Below the pieces are notes generated by a model. It was not told the DNA's origin, searched no databases, and saw only the letters and a program-made list of their open reading frames with translations. Shown here piece by piece: positions 57,899 to 64,000 of a stretch of DNA of 64,000 bases (the first letter of the stretch is position 1; each line of letters starts with the position of its first letter). The stretch spans positions 31,714 through 95,713 of the forward strand of contig MIAO01000061.1 in assembly GCA_001829155.1 (NCBI GenBank), read 5' to 3'. Source of the DNA: Spirochaetes bacterium GWB1_36_13. GTDB taxonomy: Bacteria > Spirochaetota > GWB1-36-13. Made by a program: the position numbers and the translations under genes.

Positions 57899-58994
57899 TT
57901 TCAAAAAAGAACCCGGAAGTATTTTAGCTTTTTTCTTTCTTCTTTTATTTGGAAGTGTTTGCTTTTTTTTCCCTTTTAGTTTATTTTCAGACTGGGTTTC
58001 TGTTGCTCTTTTACTTGGAATAATGATAGGCGGACTCTTTTTTTTATCTCCGTCTGTTCCTGTTTTTTTTATTGTACTCGTTTTTTCTTTTTCACTTAAT
58101 TATCAGGTAACTTCCGTTATTCCTTTGAGGTATAATCATTTATTTGATTTTTTGATTCAGTGGGGACTTTTTTTCTGGGGACTTGAAATCGGTTCTTATT
58201 TAAAAAAAAGCGCCCATTCTTATTCTGCCCATATCTCAAAATTGTTTTACATTCTCTTATTAGGAGGGTTTGTTTTTCTATTTTTTGAAGATTGGAAAAC
58301 ATCTTTACTGATTGCTGTTTTATTAAGCTCATACTCTTTTTTTTACCGTTCTTCTTTTCAAATTAAAAATAATTTTATCTCTTATCTTCTTTTTTTGATT
58401 CTGATTCCTTTATTTTTCGGCTTTATCTGGGGAGTGAAAATATTTATCATTTTTTTGACCATTTTTTTGATCTATAGTGTTTATGAGATCTTTTTTACTA
58501 AAAAAATCAAAAAATCCATGATGATTTTTATCATTTCATTTCTTTCCGTCTTTATTTCCTATTCTTTTTCTTCTTTTCCTGTTTTTTTGGCAGGAATCTT
58601 TGCAGGAAAACTTTTTTATCCGAGAAATGAAAGGCTCAATGAAAATAATCTTTCATATTTATTTAAAGCTTTGTTAATGATTTTGTTTTTTATCAGGATA
58701 AAGTTCATAATCTTTGATATTTTAATTTCTTTTATGATTGTTTTATTGATTCTTTTTATTCATTTGTCAACAGGAAAACGATTTCCAGATGAAAGGGAAG
58801 GGAGGCTTTCTTTAGAACTTTCTTTTTCTTTTTTAATTCTATCCATTCCTTTTCAAGGAAGCAATATTATTTTACTTGTTTTGTTTTTTGAAACAGCTTT
58901 AGCCGTTTTAGGAGAGAGTAAAAAAGGTTTCTTATCTCTTTTTCATTCAATAAAAAAAGAAAGGAAAAATAAACTAGAAAACCTGCCGCGGTAA
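57873..58994 (+). CDS. Polytopic integral membrane protein, unknown function
   Basis: 373 aa, ~10 hydrophobic helices, F/L/I-rich. Overlaps the murJ 3' end convergently. Confidence 0.45.
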   Translation: MKKMWKSFNFKKEPGSILAFFFLLLFGSVCFFFPFSLFSDWVSVALLLGIMIGGLFFLSPSVPVFFIVLVFSFSLNYQVTSVIPLRYNHLFDFLIQWGLFFWGLEIGSYLKKSAHSYSAHISKLFYILLLGGFVFLFFEDWKTSLLIAVLLSSYSFFYRSSFQIKNNFISYLLFLILIPLFFGFIWGVKIFIIFLTIFLIYSVYEIFFTKKIKKSMMIFIISFLSVFISYSFSSFPVFLAGIFAGKLFYPRNERLNENNLSYLFKALLMILFFIRIKFIIFDILISFMIVLLILFIHLSTGKRFPDEREGRLSLELSFSFLILSIPFQGSNIILLVLFFETALAVLGESKKGFLSLFHSIKKERKNKLENLPR

Positions 58995-60423
58995 GTAAAG
59001 GCAATCGGTAAATATTTGAAAGAGAAATGTTTTTAAGAATTTCAATAGTAAAGAAAAAAGCGCTTCCGGCTATGATACTCTTTGATACGGAAAGAAAAAA
59101 AGATTTATAATGCATTTTGTTTTTTCTCTGAAATAAAAGAAAAGCAATCAATACATTGGCTAAAGTAGCGATTGTAATAGCAATTGGAATGGCTTTAATA
59201 CCCATGCTGTCTATCTGAAATTTCATAAAAAAATAATTGATCAAAAGAGAAATAATGCTTCCTGCCAGAGGATAGTAAAATAGTTTGAGTCCTTGAAATC
59301 CCCGGTTTACAATAGTCAAAAGACCGAAAAAAAGAATCCCGGGACTGAAATAGACTAAAATCAGACCAATATCCTGAACCGCTTTGGCTGATACCTTGCC
59401 GCTGCCGATTCCTAAGAAAACTAAAATATCTTTATAGATAAAACTGCTGATTTCATGCCCCAACTGAAGGAAAAGAAGGGTAAAGGGAAAAAGAATGAGA
59501 AAAATAAAACGGAGGCTGTCGGTATAAATAATTTCAATGTTTTTTTTGTTTTCTTTCGCAATCGCCGGGAGGACAACGGTAGAAATTCCACTGATAAAAA
59601 CGGATAAAACAAGCTGAATGACAATAAAAGCCTTTTCAAAAACAGTATTTCCTCCCTCAATCGATGAAGAAAAAATATTTGAAACAATCCGATTAATCTG
59701 AAAAACAGCCATACTGAAAGCAACAGGAAAAAAAGATTTAAAAAAGATTTTGATATTATCATCTATTTTAAAATTAAAACGGAACGAGTATTTTTTTCTC
59801 CATAAAGATGGAAACTGAATCACAAAACTAACGGCGCTGCTGATTAAGAATGCGATTGCAAGAGAATCAATGCCGAGTTTATCTTGAAAAAAGAAAAGAA
59901 AGACAAGAAAAGCAATATTTCCAAAAAACTGACTGATAGCAGGGGTAAAATAATTTTCCCAAGTATTTAAAATTCCCATGATAATGCCTGAAAGCGAGAT
60001 AAATACAAGAAAAGGCATCATATAATAGGTTAAAATAACGACAGTATGAAGTGTAGAAGGGTTTTTATGAATCAAGGACAGGTATTCGGGAGCAAAAAAA
60101 ATTCCAATGCCTGTTAATATCAGCGAAATAATAAAAAGAAAAGACGAGACTTGATTGGCAAAACGAATCCCGTTTTCCCTGTTTTTTGAAGCAATGGATG
60201 CAAATAAAGAGACAAAAACAGCTGAAAAAGCGCCTTCTCCCAGTAAATTCCTGAAAGCATTCGGAATTTTACTGGCTGAAATAAATGCGTCCAGTTCCCA
60301 GCCCGCGCCGAAAAGATAAAGAGAATACTGTTCTCTCACCATTCCGAGAACACGCGAAAGAATAACAGCAAAACTGATAATCAGAGAGGCTTTTAAAAAA
60401 AGTTTTTTATGTGACTGGTTCAA
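58867..60423 (-). CDS. murJ: Lipid II flippase MurJ (MviN family)
   Basis: 518 aa with 14-helix MOP-superfamily topology. N-terminus ...ILSRVLGMVREQ...FGAG typical of MurJ. Confidence 0.8.
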   Translation of the reverse strand: MNQSHKKLFLKASLIISFAVILSRVLGMVREQYSLYLFGAGWELDAFISASKIPNAFRNLLGEGAFSAVFVSLFASIASKNRENGIRFANQVSSFLFIISLILTGIGIFFAPEYLSLIHKNPSTLHTVVILTYYMMPFLVFISLSGIIMGILNTWENYFTPAISQFFGNIAFLVFLFFFQDKLGIDSLAIAFLISSAVSFVIQFPSLWRKKYSFRFNFKIDDNIKIFFKSFFPVAFSMAVFQINRIVSNIFSSSIEGGNTVFEKAFIVIQLVLSVFISGISTVVLPAIAKENKKNIEIIYTDSLRFIFLILFPFTLLFLQLGHEISSFIYKDILVFLGIGSGKVSAKAVQDIGLILVYFSPGILFFGLLTIVNRGFQGLKLFYYPLAGSIISLLINYFFMKFQIDSMGIKAIPIAITIATLANVLIAFLLFQRKNKMHYKSFFLSVSKSIIAGSAFFFTIEILKNISLSNIYRLPLLTAAGFLVYFSFLFLLNEKEIRNLFYSLLKRLKLFQKTKQVK

Positions 60424-60438
60424 TATTATTTTTCCTGA

Positions 60439-60843
60439 CTATATCACAAGATAATGAACATATTTTTTAAGATAGGAATCAATTTTAATGATAACATAAA
60501 TAATTCTTTTTTTATTGCTTTCCTGAATTTCGAATTTTTCTATTTCATGAGAAAGAAAATGAAAAAAACGGCGGAAAAGCATAAGTTCTTCTTTCAGAAG
60601 CCTTGCCTTGTCTTTTGCTAGAAGATCATTTAACAGCAGATATTTTTTAATGTTTTTTGCAAATTCTCCGCTGTAAAAAGAAGCCACTTCATTGCACATT
60701 TCAATATAGGTCTCAATTGAAATATCTTTTTCAGCTTCAATAGGGATTACTTCCTGAAGGTACATTTGTTCGGTGGTAGAAAGTCTTTCTTTGAAGAAAA
60801 AATTCTGAATAAGAGTTTCAATAAGATCTTTATGACTTTCCAC
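60439..60843 (-). CDS. Hypothetical protein
   Basis: 134 aa, no motif recognised. Between murJ and lspA. Confidence 0.4.
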   Translation of the reverse strand: MESHKDLIETLIQNFFFKERLSTTEQMYLQEVIPIEAEKDISIETYIEMCNEVASFYSGEFAKNIKKYLLLNDLLAKDKARLLKEELMLFRRFFHFLSHEIEKFEIQESNKKRIIYVIIKIDSYLKKYVHYLVI

Positions 60844-60852
60844 ATTTCACCT

Positions 60853-61380
60853 TTATGCTTTTAATTTCTTTTTATTCTCGAAAAAAAAAGTATAGATAAT
60901 AAGTAAAATTACTCCAACTGTTATAAAACTGTCGGCGATGTTGAAGAAAAACCAGCGGTAATTCCCAAAACCGATATCAATAAAATCGACCACTCTTCCG
61001 TAAAAAAGCTCAAATTTTCCGTAATAAATAATATTTCCAAAAAGTCTTTCCAGAATGTTTCCGAGCGCTCCTCCCAGAATAAAGTAAAGCGATGTCCTGT
61101 AAAGAGGTCTATTCCCTTGTCTGATAAGAAAAATAATAAAAGCGACTGCAGAAAGAGTAATGATTGTGAAAACTACATTTTTCAGAATAGAGGTATGGGC
61201 GATATCGGAAAAAATACCAAATGCGATCCCCGCATTTTCAACGAAACTGAATTTGAGAAAACTTCCGAGAATATTTTTGCTTTCACCGATTTGAAAGCTG
61301 GATTTAACTAGTTTTTTAGAAATAAGATCAATTAAAATAATAATAGATGGAGTAAAATATTGGAAAAATTTTGATTTCAA
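60853..61380 (-). CDS. lspA: Lipoprotein signal peptidase (signal peptidase II)
   Basis: Four TM helices. Conserved NxGxAFG (VENAGIAFGIF) and FNIAD motifs. Confidence 0.85.
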   Translation of the reverse strand: MKSKFFQYFTPSIIILIDLISKKLVKSSFQIGESKNILGSFLKFSFVENAGIAFGIFSDIAHTSILKNVVFTIITLSAVAFIIFLIRQGNRPLYRTSLYFILGGALGNILERLFGNIIYYGKFELFYGRVVDFIDIGFGNYRWFFFNIADSFITVGVILLIIYTFFFENKKKLKA

Positions 61381-61605
61381 AGGAACCTCTTTCTAAGTTT
61401 ATTATTTGAGAATTAAATTTAAATATATTTATTTATTAAAAAAAACAATTCAAAAAATTATCAGAAAATGTCATTTTTATAAGAAATTTTAAGGATTCTT
61501 TCTTTTCGATTTATCAAAAAATCTCTCTATTTTATAAAAAGATTCCACTCTTTTTTTATGAATTTCGTTAAATTTTAATCACTCATTTTTTTTGGAGAGA
61601 ATCTA

Positions 61606-62961
61606 TTGAGCCGCTTTTACCAGTTATTGAAAGATGAAACTGTATTAATCGCCGGAGCCAATTCAAAAACAGGAAAAGCTCTGGCAAAATACTTTTCAGA
61701 TATGAAAATCAAATTTACCGTTTCAGATTTAAAAATAGATGCGGCTGCGTCTGATTTTTTTCAGTCTCTGTCTCATCCTCCGAAAATTGTTTATGCTGGT
61801 TCCCAGACGGAAGAACAGTTTTCCGGTGTGAACCGTATTGTTATTTCCCCGGGGGTTCCGAGAAGCGCGGCTTTTTTAAAAAAAGCCTGTGAATCCGGAA
61901 TTCCGGTTGATTCGGAAATAAGCCTTGCCGCCAGAATCATAGAAGAGGAAGGAGTTGATTTAATCGGAATTACAGGCACAGACGGGAAATCGACAACTTC
62001 AGCCCTGACAGCCCATCTGCTGTCAAAAAAATATAAAACTTTTTTATTGGGAAATTTTGGAGAACCTTTTATCAGCGGTCTTTCTTCTATCAAAAGAGGG
62101 GATAAGGTTGTTCTTGAGTTAAGCAGTTATCAGCTGGAAGATGGAGAAAAATACCATTTAAACGCGGCGGCTCTTTTAAATATTGCTCCGGATCACTTAA
62201 ATAGATATCCGGGCATGAAAGAATACCGCGTAGCAAAAGAAAAAATATTTATCAATCAGAATGAAAATGATCTGGCTGTCTTAAATAAGGATCAGGAATA
62301 TTTTGAAAGATGGAAAAATCTGACTCGGGCAAAATTACTCACTCTTTCCTTAAAGGGGGAAGCGGATATTTATTTTCAAGATGAATGGATTTATTTTAAA
62401 GGGAAAAAGTGGATTTCTCAAAATGAGATCCCGTTAAAAGGTCTTCATAACATAGAAAATATTATGACAGGAGCCGCTTTTGCTTCTTTTTATCAAATGA
62501 CCTCTGATGAGATTCGAAATGCTGTCCTTGAGTTTAAGGGATTATCTCACAGATGCGAAAGCGCTGGAGAAAAAAACGGGATTCACTTTATCAATGACAG
62601 TAAGGCAACCACTGTTCAGGCTGTCATGAAAGCGCTTTCCTGCGCTGAGAAAGGGATTGTCCTGATTCTGGGGGGAAGCGATAAAAACCTTGATTTCAGT
62701 GAGTTAAATCCATATTTTTCTGGAAAAGTCAAAAAAATTATCTGTTATGGGGAAACAGGAAAAAAAATATCGGAAATGATTTGTTTTGAAAACAAGGAAA
62801 TTGTTTATCCTTTTGATGAGGCTGTCTTAAAAGCTTTTCAAAGCGCCGTTTCCGGAGATACGGTTCTTCTTTCTCCCGGGTGCGCCAGTTTTGATCAATT
62901 CAAATCTTTTGAAGAAAGGGGAGAGCGCTTTAAATATCTGGTAAAAAATCATGCAGAATAA
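61606..62961 (+). CDS. murD: UDP-N-acetylmuramoyl-L-alanine--D-glutamate ligase
   Basis: GITGTDGKST P-loop, and Mur ligase middle and C-terminal domains. Followed by ftsW. Confidence 0.9.
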   Translation: MSRFYQLLKDETVLIAGANSKTGKALAKYFSDMKIKFTVSDLKIDAAASDFFQSLSHPPKIVYAGSQTEEQFSGVNRIVISPGVPRSAAFLKKACESGIPVDSEISLAARIIEEEGVDLIGITGTDGKSTTSALTAHLLSKKYKTFLLGNFGEPFISGLSSIKRGDKVVLELSSYQLEDGEKYHLNAAALLNIAPDHLNRYPGMKEYRVAKEKIFINQNENDLAVLNKDQEYFERWKNLTRAKLLTLSLKGEADIYFQDEWIYFKGKKWISQNEIPLKGLHNIENIMTGAAFASFYQMTSDEIRNAVLEFKGLSHRCESAGEKNGIHFINDSKATTVQAVMKALSCAEKGIVLILGGSDKNLDFSELNPYFSGKVKKIICYGETGKKISEMICFENKEIVYPFDEAVLKAFQSAVSGDTVLLSPGCASFDQFKSFEERGERFKYLVKNHAE

Positions 62962-64000
62962 AAAAATAGATTATTGGCTCGTTTTTATCTATTTCTTTTT
63001 GATTAGTTTAAGTATTCTATTGATTTATAGTACTACTTATAATTTTTCAGTTTTAAAAAACAAGGATCCTTATTTTTTTTTCAAGAGACACCTTGCCGGA
63101 ATTGGACTTTCTATTTTTTCTCTTGTTTTTTTTATATTTGTCCCGCTTGAAAAAATAAGAAAAAAACTGCCTTTTTTTATGATAGGTATTATTATTGCTT
63201 TGATCCTGACTTTTTTCCCTGTCCTTGGAAAAGAGGCTGGGGGCGCCAGCCGATGGCTCAATCTAGGTGTTTTTTCCTTTCAGCCTTCTGAAATTGCTAA
63301 ATTAATCATTGTCATTTACTTGGCTTCAGTTCTTGAGAGAAATCAGGAATATTTAAAAACTTATTATAAAGCTACTTTAGCGCCGCTGATGATGTGTTTT
63401 ATTATTTCAGGTATTATTCTTTTTCAAAAAGATTTTTCTACTACTTCTTTTCTCGTATTGCTTACTTTTATTATTCTTTATACAGCAGGATCAAAATTTA
63501 TTTATCTCTTGCTTTCTTTTTTAAGCACGCTGCCGATTCTTCTTCCTTTTGTTTTTACTTCAGGATACCGAATGGAAAGAGTGAAAATGCTCATAGGATT
63601 TGATGAAAATCCTCATCTTTCCTATCAGCTTTTTCAATCAGTCGAAGCCTTTAAACGGGGGGGAGCATTCGGCACAGGGCTGGGAAAAGGGGTGAAAAAC
63701 ATTCCCTATATTTTTAATGACTTCATATTTTCTGCAGTGGGGGAAGAAATCGGTCTGATAGGCTCTCTGATTATTCTTTTTCTTTTCCTTTTCTTGTGGC
63801 AGAGAGGGAATCTTATTGCCAGGCAGTACCCTGAAAAAAGTTTTCAATCGGTTCTTGCCTATGGTATTACCATTCTTCTGATTTTTCAGATGCTTATGAA
63901 TGTCGGAGTCAGCCTTGCGCTTATTTTCCCGACTGGAATCACTCTTCCTTTTTTAAGTTACGGGAGAACCTCTTTAATTGTCTCCTCTATCGGCATCGGG
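62951..64000 (+). CDS. ftsW: Cell division protein FtsW (SEDS family), partial (3' end beyond window)
   Basis: ATG at 62951 overlaps the murD stop. Polytopic, with SEDS-like motifs (FQPSEIAKL, RGGAFGTGLG). The frame is open to the window end. Confidence 0.8.
   Translation, partial: MQNKKIDYWLVFIYFFLISLSILLIYSTTYNFSVLKNKDPYFFFKRHLAGIGLSIFSLVFFIFVPLEKIRKKLPFFMIGIIIALILTFFPVLGKEAGGASRWLNLGVFSFQPSEIAKLIIVIYLASVLERNQEYLKTYYKATLAPLMMCFIISGIILFQKDFSTTSFLVLLTFIILYTAGSKFIYLLLSFLSTLPILLPFVFTSGYRMERVKMLIGFDENPHLSYQLFQSVEAFKRGGAFGTGLGKGVKNIPYIFNDFIFSAVGEEIGLIGSLIILFLFLFLWQRGNLIARQYPEKSFQSVLAYGITILLIFQMLMNVGVSLALIFPTGITLPFLSYGRTSLIVSSIGIG

Noticed and set aside
1-64000. Searched for CRISPR arrays, integrases, transposases, phage structural genes and restriction-modification methyltransferases
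   Set aside because: No regularly spaced direct repeats with unique spacers, and no recombinase or transposase motifs, were seen. The only repeat families are the MITE-like element and the intragenic batC repeat.

Overview
This 64 kb window looks like a low-GC (about 30-33%) spirochete chromosome segment, most likely Leptospiraceae-like. That guess rests on four things seen in the sequence: a citramalate-synthase (CimA-type) gene, a fliL-fliM-fliY operon, a MoxR/BatA-BatD aerotolerance-type operon, and many RsbU/STAS partner-switching genes. About 70 protein genes are densely packed on both strands.

Housekeeping genes recognised: xth, cimA/leuA-family, bamA plus two skp genes, recO, a DAG-kinase-family lipid kinase, ruvB, trkH-family, nth, an ECF sigma operon, a PorB-like TPP subunit, split transketolase, leuS, rtcB, murJ, lspA, murD and ftsW (partial).

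There is one tRNA with a CAU anticodon. There is no CRISPR array, rRNA, integrase, transposase or phage structural gene.

The parts that look accessory or unusual are:
- A ~150-165 bp palindromic MITE-like repeat present in three copies around tRNA-CAU and leuS, with a GC-rich structured island between two of the copies.
- An operon encoding a membrane-anchored TPR protein fused to an Mrr-like (PD-(D/E)xK) nuclease domain, an acidic unknown protein, and a REC-STAS-REC regulator.
- A three-gene cluster of secreted proteins with DUF4398-like helical N-domains and one to four tandem degenerate OmpA-like domains.
- A HEPN/MNT toxin-antitoxin pair.
- A second, lipoprotein-type FliL paralog.
- An orphan PorB-like gene.
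- A possible non-ATG (ATT) start or frameshift at the window start.

All coordinates and products are read by eye from the sequence and the ORF track. Domain calls are from motif recognition, not database searches.
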